Numbered from the stretch's first letter, positions 1 to 10,270 are shown. The stretch is 64,000 nucleotides of DNA from an uncultured Spirochaetota bacterium (GCA_963820525.1 CAWGAA010000001.1:2016001-2080000); one strand, 5' to 3'. A program made the numbers and translations. The notes: a model not told the origin generated them from the letters alone.

Positions 1-502
1 TCCTTCCGCCCTTTCCCCCGCTCATGACGTCCACGATTGCCTTCTTGCCCACGGACTGGAGGGAAGGCACGCCGATTGTCCCGGCCCGCCGAACCGCGCC
101 GGAGGCGGGGCGCGCCCTTGCCCCCGACCGTTCCTGACGGGAGCGCGGCGTCGCTGCCGTATGGTCGCGCATTGAGCCCCCGGCCGCGGCTCCTCGCTCC
201 GCTCGCGAGCGCGCCGTCACGACTACCCGCGCGTCCGGCGGCAGGAAATCCCGCCAGGGAACAGCGCGGACCCCTTCATAGATATCGTCAAGGCTCGCCG
301 CGGGAAACTCGGCCAGACGTATCAGGAGACGATCGGCGGCGCGCAGCCAAAGGTTCAGCTGCGCGATGTCCTGGTCTCCGCCCTCGAACACAACTCTTCC
401 ATTTTCCGTGGCCGTTTGGGGGACCCCCAGGGTCGCGAGTTCGCCCGCCACGACAGATTCGAGCCCGAAGGTGGCCGTAGCGGCAAGCGTGTATCTGCCC
501 AC
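1..502 (-). CDS. rlmL: THUMP-domain class I SAM-dependent RNA methyltransferase (RlmL/YpsC-like), 5' part, runs off the window start
   Basis: Not in the ORF track. Manual translation from GTG at 502: MGRYTLAATATFGLESVVAGEL...NLWLRAADRLLIRLAEFPA...VPWRDFLP...VPSLQSVGKKAIVD, matching RlmL-type N-terminal motifs (FGLE, NLWLR.A.R, KKAIV). Confidence 0.85.
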   Translation of the reverse strand, partial: MGRYTLAATATFGLESVVAGELATLGVPQTATENGRVVFEGGDQDIAQLNLWLRAADRLLIRLAEFPAASLDDIYEGVRAVPWRDFLPPDARVVVTARSRAERGAAAGGSMRDHTAATPRSRQERSGARARPASGAVRRAGTIGVPSLQSVGKKAIVDVMSGGKGGR

Positions 503-554
503 CGCGCCAATGTAGTATACTCTGCCGCATCATGCACAGAGAGAAGGGAAAGCC

Positions 555-1472
555 ATGAAAAAGGCCTGGATCGCGGTCCTCGTTTGCGCGTGCCTCCTGG
601 CTCTCGGCGGATGCGGCGGACGGCAGCGCGGTGCCATGTCGGCGGCGCCGCTGGCCGAACCGGCCGGCCGCTCGGAGGCCGCACAGAGCAAGGCACAGCC
701 TCCCGCTCCGGCCGCCGCTATGGAGAAAGGAGGGGCGGAGGCAAGCAGCCTCTCCCTGCCCTCCAGCGCTGCGGCCCAGGCCCGCATGGTCATCAAGACC
801 GCTTCCCTTTCCCTCCGCGTCAGGAACGTGGGGGCGGCGTTCGCCCGAGCCATCCAGCTCGCCGAGACGGGCGGGGGCTACGTCCAATCAAGCTCCCAAT
901 CCGCGGAGGGAGGCGATCGTGCGGACCTCACCCTGCGGGTCCCTCCTGAAGGCTTCCTGCCCCTCATCGCCGCCCTGGAATCCCTGGGCACCGAGGAGAG
1001 CAAGAGCATAGGAGGTCAGGACGTTACCGAGGAGTATTACGACCTGGATGCGGAGCTTCAGAACAAGCTCGAAGTGCGCTCACGGCTCTTCCAGCTCTTG
1101 GGCAGGGCCGCGAAGGTTTCCGACGCCGTCCAGGTGGAGGAGCAGCTCGAACGTGTGGGCTCGGACGTCAACAGGATCAAGGGCAGGATGAAGTATCTCC
1201 AGACCATGGTGGGGCTTTCCACCGTGAACCTCAAGCTCTACTCCGAAGCCCGCCCCGCGGCGGTCGAGTTCATCAACTGGAGCCTGATCGGGGGCGGGTT
1301 TGTCACCGCGGCCCGCATCCTGGTGCAGGCGCTCTTCTTCATCCTTCAGGCCCTCGTGGTGCTCGTCCCGCTGGCAGCCATCGGCGGGGGGGCCGCGTGG
1401 GGGATAGTCGGCCTGGTTCGCTGGAGAAAAAAGGCCCGGGGTGCGAGCGCTGCGCGCACCGGCTCAGAATGA
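555..1472 (+). CDS. DUF4349 domain lipoprotein
   Basis: Lipobox (LGGC), RMVIKTASLSL, LTLRVP, DVTEEYYD, coiled coil and C-terminal TM helix typical of DUF4349. Confidence 0.85.
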   Translation: MKKAWIAVLVCACLLALGGCGGRQRGAMSAAPLAEPAGRSEAAQSKAQPPAPAAAMEKGGAEASSLSLPSSAAAQARMVIKTASLSLRVRNVGAAFARAIQLAETGGGYVQSSSQSAEGGDRADLTLRVPPEGFLPLIAALESLGTEESKSIGGQDVTEEYYDLDAELQNKLEVRSRLFQLLGRAAKVSDAVQVEEQLERVGSDVNRIKGRMKYLQTMVGLSTVNLKLYSEARPAAVEFINWSLIGGGFVTAARILVQALFFILQALVVLVPLAAIGGGAAWGIVGLVRWRKKARGASAARTGSE

Positions 1473-2885
1473 ATCCAACGCCTCGGCGCGTGTCAGGTCG
1501 GCCTCGGCTATCCGGACGTCCACCTGTTTGCTTTCAACGCTGAACCGGGCTCGCGCCAGGCCGAGCTCCGCCTCCAGCACCTCCGAGTGTTTTGCCACTC
1601 CGTTTGAGAACTTCTGCTGGACCACCCTGAGGTTCTCTTCAGCCTGCGGAACGGCGCCCAACGTCAACTCCAGATCGCTTCTGGCGCGGTCGAGGGCAAG
1701 CAGGCAGGTCTGGACGTCCAGAATGATCGACCTCTGCTGCTTCTCCGCCTGGAGCCGGGCTTTGCTCGCGTCTTGCTCAGCGGAGCTCATCTGCGCCAGA
1801 GTCGAAGGCAAGCCCCCGACGTCGAAGCTGAGCTGAACGCCGAGCTCCCACGTCCCGGTGAAAACGGCGGAAGGGGGAAAGATGCGCTGGTTGGGGTTGG
1901 CGTAGGTGTAATCTCCCACGACGGCGAGCGTCGGGTACAACCCGGCCGCCGCCGCGGCGGCCGCATGGTCCGCCATCTCGGTGGAGAGAGAGCTTATGCG
2001 CATCTCGGGGCGGCGGGAGAGGGCCTGGGAAACGGCGGAAGCAGCGTCGGCCGGCGCTGCCGGTCCCTCGTTCGCGTCGGGCCGGGAGACGAGCGCGTAG
2101 GGAAGCGCGTTCTCCTGCCCGCCCTGCTGGGTGACGGAGACGATGGCCCGTGCCGCATCCTGCCGGCCGAGCATCGAAGCCAGCACCAGGAACGCCTGGT
2201 TTCGAAAAGATGCGGCGTCGTTCAGCGAAATCTGCGCCTGGGTGCGGCGCTGGTCGGCGGCGAGCTGGTCGGAAGCCATGGCAAGCCCCTGCGTGACGAG
2301 GGCTTTCGTTTCACTGCTCATGGCATTGGCCAGCTCGAGGCCCTTCGCGGCGGTATCCACGGAGGCCGCCGCGCGCACGGCCTCCCAGTATGCGCGGCGC
2401 ACCTCGAAGGCGAGGGCGCGTTTCATGACATCGACGGCGGCCTCCCGGGTGGTGGTCTGGAGATCAGCTATCTTGGCCGCCTCCGTGAGGCGAAAGCCCG
2501 CGAAAACCGGGTACTGCAGCCGCGCCGCGAAGCTGATCGAATCGAGAGGACTTGCGGGGAAGGGAAAGCTGGCCTGGGGCGAGCCCGGGAAAAAGCTGTT
2601 GGCGGGAATATCCAGGCTGACCGCCCCCACGTCGCTCAACCGCGTATAGCCGCCGGAGAGCGTGAGGGAAGGCAGCATCCGCAGGCGCGAGGCAACCGCC
2701 TTCTCGGCCGAGCTGCGTGCGTCCGCGAGAGCGCCCTGGATATCGGAGCTGCCGTCGAGCGCGGCTTGCACGGCCTGCTCCACGGAGAGATCTTGCGCCT
2801 GCGGCCAGGCAGCGGACGCCGCAAGAAAGAGGGCAAGCGCGAGGGCCGCGGTAAAGCGGCCAGGCATCCGGGAATGGCTGCTCAT
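1464..2885 (-). CDS. TolC family outer membrane efflux protein
   Basis: Signal peptide, two OEP repeats (LPSLTLSGGY, YPTLAVVGDY), last gene of an efflux operon. Confidence 0.9.
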   Translation of the reverse strand: MSSHSRMPGRFTAALALALFLAASAAWPQAQDLSVEQAVQAALDGSSDIQGALADARSSAEKAVASRLRMLPSLTLSGGYTRLSDVGAVSLDIPANSFFPGSPQASFPFPASPLDSISFAARLQYPVFAGFRLTEAAKIADLQTTTREAAVDVMKRALAFEVRRAYWEAVRAAASVDTAAKGLELANAMSSETKALVTQGLAMASDQLAADQRRTQAQISLNDAASFRNQAFLVLASMLGRQDAARAIVSVTQQGGQENALPYALVSRPDANEGPAAPADAASAVSQALSRRPEMRISSLSTEMADHAAAAAAAGLYPTLAVVGDYTYANPNQRIFPPSAVFTGTWELGVQLSFDVGGLPSTLAQMSSAEQDASKARLQAEKQQRSIILDVQTCLLALDRARSDLELTLGAVPQAEENLRVVQQKFSNGVAKHSEVLEAELGLARARFSVESKQVDVRIAEADLTRAEALDSF

Positions 2886-4030
2886 TGCGACACCCCGACC
2901 GTCATGCCGTCGCGCAGTGCGGCGACGTTCGACGTGACCACTCGCTCGCCCGCCGCGATGCCGCCGGTCACCTGGATCTCCGTGGCGTTCTTGAGCCCTA
3001 CCGTGACCGCTCTCCTGCTGACCTTGCCGCCGTCAACCACGTAGAGGAAGCTGCCGGCGTCCGAGGCCAGAACGGCGGAGAGGGGGACGAGGAGCCCCTG
3101 CACAGTGGAAAGCTTCACCTCCGCGGTGGCCGTCATTCCCGCCAAAAGCGTACCGTCGTTCGCCACCTGGACCACCACGGGGAAGTACTGCCCCGTGGAG
3201 GCCGCCACCGGGCCGATCTGGACGATCGTCCCCTTCAGCTTCTTGTCCGGCATGCCGTCCACCCTTATCACTGCCTGGTCGCCGGCCTTGAGCAGCGGCA
3301 CCTCGTCCTGGGACACGTTGCCCTGGAGCCTCAGTACGCGCGTGTCGGCGATAGTCAAAAGCGGCGCGGCCGGGCTCGCCAACTCTCCCGGGTTGATATT
3401 CCGATTGGTGACGATGCCGTCCATGGGGCTGGTGATGGTGGCATTGTCTATCTGCACCTGGATGAGGTTGACCTGGGCCTGCGCCTGGGCGAGACCGGCG
3501 CTGGAGAGAAGCTGGTACTGCCGGTTGGCATTCTCGTAGGCGGTCTTCGCCAGGTCCAGCCTGGTAGAGGCGTCATCAAGCTGGCTCTGGGTGGCCGCCG
3601 CGCTCTTGAAAAGGTCTGTCACCCTGTCGAAGGACTTCTGCGCCATATCGAGGTTCTCTTTCGCCGTATCGATGCCGAGCTTCGCCTGCGCGGCCTGGTC
3701 GCGAACCCCCTGGAGCGCCGCCTCGGCCACGCCGAGCTGGGCGGCAAGCTGGCGGGTATCGATCTCTATGAGCATCTGGCCTGCCTTGACGCGCGAGCCC
3801 ACGTCCACCGCCACGGTCTTTGCCTGGCCGGGAAGCCTGCTGAATATGTTGGCCGTCTTGTTGGGCGCGAGCACCCCGGAGATCTCGATGGCCCGCGCCA
3901 GGGCTCCGCTTCGCACTTCCGCCGTTGCCACCGTCACGCGATCCGCCGCTCGCGCACCGCAGCCGGCCAGGGCCAGGGCGATGGCGAGGACTACCGCATA
4001 TGCGGCGAGCTTTCTTTTCCCGTACATCAT
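2882..4030 (-). CDS. Efflux periplasmic adaptor (RND/MacA-type membrane fusion protein), lipoprotein
   Basis: LAGC lipobox, lipoyl halves (VDVGSRVKAGQ; ITSPMDGIV), long alpha-hairpin, C-terminal beta domain. Confidence 0.9.
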   Translation of the reverse strand: MMYGKRKLAAYAVVLAIALALAGCGARAADRVTVATAEVRSGALARAIEISGVLAPNKTANIFSRLPGQAKTVAVDVGSRVKAGQMLIEIDTRQLAAQLGVAEAALQGVRDQAAQAKLGIDTAKENLDMAQKSFDRVTDLFKSAAATQSQLDDASTRLDLAKTAYENANRQYQLLSSAGLAQAQAQVNLIQVQIDNATITSPMDGIVTNRNINPGELASPAAPLLTIADTRVLRLQGNVSQDEVPLLKAGDQAVIRVDGMPDKKLKGTIVQIGPVAASTGQYFPVVVQVANDGTLLAGMTATAEVKLSTVQGLLVPLSAVLASDAGSFLYVVDGGKVSRRAVTVGLKNATEIQVTGGIAAGERVVTSNVAALRDGMTVGVSQ

Positions 4031-4050
4031 TGCTTTCTCCCGTCAAACCG

Positions 4051-4746
4051 TTATCGGATGTGGATCCGTACCGTTGAGTTCATCCCGATCATGAGCCGGG
4101 CGTCCGAGGCGCCCGGGAGCTGGATCTTTATGGGCACTACCTGAGTGACTTTCGTGTAGTTTCCCGAGTTGTTCTGGGCCGGCAGGAGCGAGAAGGTGGA
4201 CGTCGTGGCGCGCCCGATGCTCTCCACCTTGCCGGCAAAGACACGGTGGGGCGCCGCGTCCACGCGGACGTCCACGGCCTGCCCCACCTTCACGTGCATG
4301 ATGTCGCCTTCCTTGATGTTCGCGCTCACGTAGAGGTGATCCACGTCGCCCACCATGGCGAGAACCACTCCCGGCGATGCCATCTCGCCAACCACGGCAT
4401 TGTTCATGATGATCTGGCCGCTTATCGGCGCCCGTATCAGCGCCTTCTCCGCGATGACGCTGCCCACGGTGCCGATGGTCTGGGGACTCAAGCCGCCGGA
4501 CGTGAGGGACACCCCGAGGTCCTGGCGTCCGAGGACCTGTCCGGCCTGGACCACGTCTCCTTCGGCGGCCTGCCACGATATGATGGCGCCGGGAATCTCG
4601 GGGGTCACGGCCACGACGTCCGCGGCCACGCGGGCATCGTCCGTGGAGACGTAGGAGAGGCCCTGATGCCTGTAGTACAGCGCGATGGCCAGCGTTCCCG
4701 CCAGGATCGCCGCGGCCGATATGATGATGATGGTTCTGCGCGACAC
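4051..4746 (-). CDS. Short EmrA/HlyD-type adaptor lacking the alpha-helical hairpin
   Basis: N-terminal TM, VSTDDARV, IRAPISG, FSLLPAQNNSGNYTKVTQVVPIKI (EmrA signature); only 231 aa. Confidence 0.85.
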   Translation of the reverse strand: MSRRTIIIISAAAILAGTLAIALYYRHQGLSYVSTDDARVAADVVAVTPEIPGAIISWQAAEGDVVQAGQVLGRQDLGVSLTSGGLSPQTIGTVGSVIAEKALIRAPISGQIIMNNAVVGEMASPGVVLAMVGDVDHLYVSANIKEGDIMHVKVGQAVDVRVDAAPHRVFAGKVESIGRATTSTFSLLPAQNNSGNYTKVTQVVPIKIQLPGASDARLMIGMNSTVRIHIR

Positions 4747-4761
4747 GTTTGCGCCTCCTTT

Positions 4762-6303
4762 CTATTCAGCCGGTTGAGCCCGGCGGGCGGGCCCCGATCC
4801 CCTCTTCAAGAAAATCGCCGGGATGACCCCGATGAGCGCCAGGACCGCGGCGATAATGAAAACATCGTCGATGCCGGACACGAAAGCCTGCCGCCCTATG
4901 ATGCCCTGCAGGTACGCCAGGGCCGCCGCCCTGGACTGCCCGAGGGCCGCCCCGGCCGCTGCCGTGAACTTCGAGAAGAAATCAGCCAGCGCCGGGTTCC
5001 ACGGCGTGACGCTCTGCGCCATGTGCGCCGCGTGCACCGCGATCCTGTTGTTGAGCACGCTCGTGAGGACAGCGAGGCCCATGGAGCTGGAAACCCTGTT
5101 GATGATGTTCGTCATGGCGGATGCTTCGCCCACGATTTCAGTGGGGATGTCGACGAGCGCCGCGGTCTGGGCGGGCAGGTTCGCGAGCGCCAGGACGACT
5201 CCCCGGACCATGACCCAGATCGTTATCGTGGCCCAGGGCGTGTCCAGGTTCAGGAAATGGAATATGTACGTGATGAACCCCAGAAGGAGCAGGCCGGCAA
5301 CAACCAGAACACGAGGGCCGACGCGGTCGTACAGGCGGCCGGCTATCGGCATCATGATCCCCGAAACGATGGCTCCCGGCATCATCAAGAGGCCCGTCTC
5401 CATCGCTCCCAGGCCCCGGATGGTCTGGAGGAACAGCGGCAGATAGAAGAGCCCGGCGTACATGCCCACGGTCGCCACGACGATGGCCAGGTTGGCATAG
5501 GTGAAGGAGGGGTAGCGGAAAACCCGAAGGTCGAGCAGCGGGCTGTCCGATGTGAGCTCGAGGTAGATGAAAAGCGCGAGCAGGGCGGCGCTCAAGAAGA
5601 AAAGGATCACCGTGGGCTCGGCTCCCCATCCCCAGTCCGCGCCCTTGCTGAACGCCAGAAGCAGGCAGAACAGGGCGCCGGCCGACGTGATGAAGCCGCC
5701 CACGTCCAGTTTTTTCGTTCTGGCGGTCGTGAACTCCGGCAGGACGAGCAGGGAGAGCAGGATGCCGATGGCGCCGATGGGAAGGTTGATCGTGAAAATC
5801 CACCGCCAGTCCACGTACTCGACAAGATACCCGCCGAGGGTCGGACCGACGGCGGGGGCAACCAGCAGGGCAATGCCGAAGATGCCCATTGCCCCTCCTA
5901 TCTTCTCCCGGGGGACCATCCTGAAGACCATGGCCATCGTGGTAGGCATGATCATGCCGCCGCCGAGCGCCTGGACGACGCGCGCCGCGATGAGCGAGGT
6001 GACGCTCCAGGAAAATGTGCACAGCAGGGATCCGAACATGAACACGGCCAGGGAAACGATATACAACCGCTTCAGCCCCAGCCGCTCGCCCATCCAGCCG
6101 CTCAGCGGAACCACCACCCCGAGAGCCAGCAGGTACGCCGTGGCCACCCATTGAACGTCGCTCGTTCCCGCATTGAAAACGTTCATGATCGTTGGCACGG
6201 CCACGTTGACGATGCTGGAATCCAGGATCGACATGAAGGCGCCGATGAGCGCGACGAGCACCGCGGGAACCCAATGCGTCGAGCCCGCGGATATGCCCTT
6301 CAT
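4762..6303 (-). CDS. DHA2 (EmrB/QacA) family MFS efflux transporter
   Basis: FMSILDSSIVNVAVP, WRWIFTINLPIG, PLLDLRVF motifs; ATGA overlap with the marR stop. Confidence 0.93.
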   Translation of the reverse strand: MKGISAGSTHWVPAVLVALIGAFMSILDSSIVNVAVPTIMNVFNAGTSDVQWVATAYLLALGVVVPLSGWMGERLGLKRLYIVSLAVFMFGSLLCTFSWSVTSLIAARVVQALGGGMIMPTTMAMVFRMVPREKIGGAMGIFGIALLVAPAVGPTLGGYLVEYVDWRWIFTINLPIGAIGILLSLLVLPEFTTARTKKLDVGGFITSAGALFCLLLAFSKGADWGWGAEPTVILFFLSAALLALFIYLELTSDSPLLDLRVFRYPSFTYANLAIVVATVGMYAGLFYLPLFLQTIRGLGAMETGLLMMPGAIVSGIMMPIAGRLYDRVGPRVLVVAGLLLLGFITYIFHFLNLDTPWATITIWVMVRGVVLALANLPAQTAALVDIPTEIVGEASAMTNIINRVSSSMGLAVLTSVLNNRIAVHAAHMAQSVTPWNPALADFFSKFTAAAGAALGQSRAAALAYLQGIIGRQAFVSGIDDVFIIAAVLALIGVIPAIFLKRGSGPARRAQPAE

Positions 6304-6734
6304 CGAGAGCCCCCCTCTTCCTCCAGGCAATCGAGGAGAGCCTGCAGATCGCCCGCCATCCTCTCCATCCTCTTCCTTGGAATCGAGCCGAACATTGCCG
6401 AGAGCTTCCTGCGGCTGATCGACGTCAGGCGTTCGATCGCGGCAACGCCCTCGGGCGTCGCCTTGAGCAGGGTTGCGCGCCTGTCCTCCGGGTCCGGCAG
6501 CCGCTCAAGCCATTTGCCCTCGACCAGCCGATCCAGGACCCCCGTAAACGTGCTGGGCGGCACGCCGATCTCCTCGGCAAGCTCGGTGACGCGGCACTCG
6601 TGGTTGCGGCTCATTTTCCACAAGACCAACGCCTCGGTTGTGGAGAAGCCCTCCGCTTCCGCGACGAGCTTCACCTGCCGCAGGAGCTTGCGCGTGATTG
6701 AACTGAAAAGCCCGATGATCTTCTGCTGCTCCAT
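6300..6734 (-). CDS. MarR family transcriptional regulator
   Basis: wHTH with ELAEEIGV..STFTGVLDRLVEGKWLER.PDPEDRR. Confidence 0.92.
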   Translation of the reverse strand: MEQQKIIGLFSSITRKLLRQVKLVAEAEGFSTTEALVLWKMSRNHECRVTELAEEIGVPPSTFTGVLDRLVEGKWLERLPDPEDRRATLLKATPEGVAAIERLTSISRRKLSAMFGSIPRKRMERMAGDLQALLDCLEEEGGSR

Positions 6735-6746
6735 GCGCTGCCGTTA

Positions 6747-6811
6747 GTTCAAATTCGTATATTTCGAATCCGAACAATTCTGAAAATACAAATCGCCGGC
6801 GCCGGCGTCAA
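6747..6811 (-). promoter_or_regulatory. Putative sigma70 promoter and MarR operator of the efflux operon
   Basis: Minus strand TTGACG-17 bp-TATTTT (6811-6783), followed by imperfect palindrome GTTCaaATTCG...CGAATccGAAC (6747-6775) just upstream of the marR ATG. Confidence 0.6.
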
Positions 6812-6888
6812 CAAAATCGCGGCCGCCCTTGACAGCTCACCGGCCGCCCCTACACTGGGGGAAAATCATGGACAAGGAGAACGGCAGC

Positions 6889-8448
6889 ATGAAAAAGGCG
6901 AGCCGCTTCGTTCCGCACGCCGTCGTCTTCATCTCCAGCATGGGAATCATGATCGTGGAGCTCGTGGCGAGCCGGCTGGTCTCGAAATACCTGGGAAGCT
7001 CCCTGTATACCTGGACGAGCGTGATCGGGATCGTGCTGGGGGGCATCAGCCTGGGCAACTGGCTCGGCGGCAGGCTCGCGGACCGCCATAAGCCCCGGAA
7101 AATAATCCCCTTCATCCTCCTGGCCGCCTCCGTCCTCACCGTGCTCATCGTTGTATTGGATATCGTGGTCGGCCGTATGACCAACATCTTCCAGAACACG
7201 ACCATCAGCATGAACATCCTCATAAGCTCGGTTCTCCTCATAGCCGCCCTCTTCTTCCTTCCCTCCTGCGCGATGGGGACGGTGTCCCCCGTGATGGCCA
7301 AATACGCGCTGGAGCAGGCACAGGGTGTCGGGAAAACCGTTGGGGGAATCTACGCTGCCGGCGCCCTGGGAAGCATCGCGGGGACGTTCCTCACCGGCTA
7401 CCTCTTGATCCCGGCTCTCGGTCTCACTACCAACATCCTGCTGGTCGGCGCGGCGTTGGCCGCCCTCTCCCTGGCCATGGGAGGGCGCCGCATTGTATCA
7501 GGGGCATGGCTGCTCGCCCTGGCCGCCCTCACGGCCCTCGGAGCGCCGCGCGCCCTTGCGCTCAGGGCCGCGGCCGACCCATTGGGCCGCACACGGCTCG
7601 TCTTCGAGAAGGATTCTCCCTACTCCTACATCCAGGTCACGGACGACACCAGCTGGGGAACGACGGAGAGGGACCTGCGCCTGGATGCCCTGATTCACAA
7701 CCGTTTCGACCCCACCCGTCCCGATGAGCTTCTCTACAGCTATGAGCGGATTTTCGCGGCAATCACGCTGACGGCTTCCCGGGGACTCTCGGCGGATGAA
7801 TCCCTGAAAACCCTGACCCTGGGAGGCGGCGCGTTCACCCTCCCTTCCTACCTTGAACGACACTACCCCAAAGGATCCCACGAGGTCGTGGAGATCGACC
7901 CCGACGTCGTGGAGACGGCGCATCGCTGGTTCGGCCTGTCGCGGGATACCCGCCTCGGCATCACCGTAAAGGACGCGAGAAACTATCTGGATGGGGTCGT
8001 CGGGAAAAAAACGTTCGACATTGTGTACTGCGATGCCTTCAATGCCTTCTCCGTTCCTTCCCATCTCACGACGCGGGAGTTCATCGAGAAAACCGCTGGC
8101 GTCCTTCGCCCGCGGGGATTGTTCCTGGCAAACGTCATCGACATGTTCACGACCGGCAGGTTCCTCAACGCATACCTCAACACCCTGCGCGCGGTCTTTC
8201 CCCAGGTATCGGTTTTCATGTCGTCGGACTCCGGGTTGAGCGGCCGCGCCACGTTCGTCGTCGTGGCGGGGAGGGAGCCCTTCCCGGCCGAGATCCTAGA
8301 GGATTCCACGGGCGCTGTAGTCGGCACTCGCCTTTCGCGAGAGCTCTTGGAGGACCTGGCCGCCAGAAACGGAGGCGCGATCCTCACCGACGACCATGCG
8401 CCGGTTGAAAACCTCATGGCCCCTGTGTTCCTTGGAAATGTGGACTAG
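6889..8448 (+). CDS. Fused MFS-like membrane / spermidine synthase-like SAM-dependent protein
   Basis: N-terminal TM block (GSSLYTWTSVIG), LTLGGGAFTLP, VVEIDP, DAF...PSHLTTREF, LTDDHAPVE; RBS AAGGAG. Confidence 0.88.
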   Translation: MKKASRFVPHAVVFISSMGIMIVELVASRLVSKYLGSSLYTWTSVIGIVLGGISLGNWLGGRLADRHKPRKIIPFILLAASVLTVLIVVLDIVVGRMTNIFQNTTISMNILISSVLLIAALFFLPSCAMGTVSPVMAKYALEQAQGVGKTVGGIYAAGALGSIAGTFLTGYLLIPALGLTTNILLVGAALAALSLAMGGRRIVSGAWLLALAALTALGAPRALALRAAADPLGRTRLVFEKDSPYSYIQVTDDTSWGTTERDLRLDALIHNRFDPTRPDELLYSYERIFAAITLTASRGLSADESLKTLTLGGGAFTLPSYLERHYPKGSHEVVEIDPDVVETAHRWFGLSRDTRLGITVKDARNYLDGVVGKKTFDIVYCDAFNAFSVPSHLTTREFIEKTAGVLRPRGLFLANVIDMFTTGRFLNAYLNTLRAVFPQVSVFMSSDSGLSGRATFVVVAGREPFPAEILEDSTGAVVGTRLSRELLEDLAARNGGAILTDDHAPVENLMAPVFLGNVD

Positions 8449-8502
8449 AAACTCAAGTACATGGCGAGCGGCGGGCGTGGTGACGGCCTCGCGTTTCCCA
8501 CT

Positions 8503-10095
8503 CTACTCTTCCGCATAGCCCACCAATATCCCGCTACCGGTGATCTTCCCGGAAGTCTGTTGGCTTGTCTGAATAAACTGGATACCGTTTACATCAAAGG
8601 TGTGTTTCAAGGTGTACTGCGCGATGCCGTCGGTGGTGTACTGGTATTCCATGAAGCTTCCATCATCCAACCAGGCCCCCTTGAAGCCGACGATATTCGT
8701 CCACGCGGGGTCCGGGCTGTCGTTGTTCAGCCGATAGGCGCCGTCGAGGCCTCCACGATACTCGATCGAGCGCTTCATCCCGCCACTGGTGCTCACGACG
8801 ACCATTCGATATTCGTCCCCCGTTTCGAAGTACAGGGTCACGCTTTCAAGCCCCATCGGATTCGCATTCAGCCGATACGTTCTTCCGGAAACTTCCTTTG
8901 CCGCCTCAGGCAGGACGGTCAGCGGTTTTCTGGGAGGCCGGCCGCTCGCTCTGACAAGCTCAGCGAGGGCCCTGTTGGATTGCTCGTTTTTCGGCAGCGG
9001 GCCTCCGGGGCTCAGAGCCGGTACAATGTAGGTTTTCATAAGCTCATGGCAGGTGGGAAACGCCGGATTCGGGAAGCCTCCGGTGAATACGGCGACGGCA
9101 TTGAACCGGGGAAGGACGAAGATGTACTGCCCGCCGAAGCCGTGCGCGGAGAAACCCCCGAAGGAATTCATCCACCACAAATATCCATAGCCGTCGTCCT
9201 CCGCAATGTTCATTTTGTCCCTGGTATCCATGTGGCGCATAGTCGACTTATGGACCCAATCCTTCGGCACGATCTGGCGTCCATTCCACATCCCCTCACT
9301 GAGGTAGAGATAGCCGAACCTCGCCAAATCGACGGGCCGGAGCTTCAGCCATGAGTTTCCCAAACTCCGCCCAAGGGAATCTGCGAGCCAGCAAAACTCG
9401 CCAATGCCGAGAGGCGTGAAAAGCTTTTCCCGGGCGTACTCCTTTGCCGTTCTTCCCGTCGCGATTTCGATGATGGCGGAGAGGACATGGGCGGCGCCCG
9501 AGTTGTAGAGAAATGTGCTGCCGGGTTTATCCGCAATGGGCTTCGAGAAGAACTTCTGCACCCAATCCTCCGCGGTGTACGGTCCGGGCGCGATTATGTC
9601 GGCGTATCCCGCGGACATGGTGAGCAGGTTTTCGATCGTCAGCTCGGCAAGGTATGCGTCGCTGTTTTTCTCCCTGACCTGGGGGAAAAAATCGAGGACT
9701 TTCTGATCTCCGCCCCTGATGAAACCCTCACTGATGGCGATCCCCACGAGGGCTGACGTCACGCTCTTGGTCATCGAATAGAGCAGATGCGTTTGATCCC
9801 TCGCGGCGGGGGCGAAGTATGCTTCCGTGACGAGGAAACCGTTTCTGATCAGCAGGAAGCTGTGAACGGGGAGGCCTTCATGAACGATCTTCTCGAGCAT
9901 CTGCACGATCCCGCGGGAATCGATGCCCTGCTCCTCGGGGGTCGACGTCCTCCACTCCTTTTGCGGGTAGTATGCCGCCGGAACCCCGATCTCCGTCGAA
10001 GGCCGGCCGGGCGCGGTAGTCATTGTCGAACAAGCCGCCAGCGCGAGGAGCATCCCCGATATAATGCCGCAAAAGAGCAATGGGAGAGATTTCAT
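8503..10095 (-). CDS. Serine hydrolase (beta-lactamase family) lipoprotein
   Basis: SMTK (SxxK), YNS, AHGFGGQ motifs; LAAC lipobox. Confidence 0.9.
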   Translation of the reverse strand: MKSLPLLFCGIISGMLLALAACSTMTTAPGRPSTEIGVPAAYYPQKEWRTSTPEEQGIDSRGIVQMLEKIVHEGLPVHSFLLIRNGFLVTEAYFAPAARDQTHLLYSMTKSVTSALVGIAISEGFIRGGDQKVLDFFPQVREKNSDAYLAELTIENLLTMSAGYADIIAPGPYTAEDWVQKFFSKPIADKPGSTFLYNSGAAHVLSAIIEIATGRTAKEYAREKLFTPLGIGEFCWLADSLGRSLGNSWLKLRPVDLARFGYLYLSEGMWNGRQIVPKDWVHKSTMRHMDTRDKMNIAEDDGYGYLWWMNSFGGFSAHGFGGQYIFVLPRFNAVAVFTGGFPNPAFPTCHELMKTYIVPALSPGGPLPKNEQSNRALAELVRASGRPPRKPLTVLPEAAKEVSGRTYRLNANPMGLESVTLYFETGDEYRMVVVSTSGGMKRSIEYRGGLDGAYRLNNDSPDPAWTNIVGFKGAWLDDGSFMEYQYTTDGIAQYTLKHTFDVNGIQFIQTSQQTSGKITGSGILVGYAEE

Positions 10096-10270
10096 GCCCA
10101 ACAAGGGTAGGAGGAAGAAAAGCGCGTGTCAATGAGAGGCGCCGTCACTTGTGGCGCACATTCAAAGGAACGCGAGTGGATCGGGGCAACGCTCGCGCCT
10201 ATCGCTGGGTTGATTCCCATTATTCAAGTCTGTACGCTGGGCGTGGTGGCTCAGCAGCCGGAGGATCGAG

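Noticed and set aside
4246..6747. Long antisense and alternate-frame ORFs (833 aa here; also 1773-3044, 12673-14241, 56208-57614, 59633-61357)
   Set aside because: Shadow ORFs of GC-rich genes on the opposite strand with no recognisable motifs
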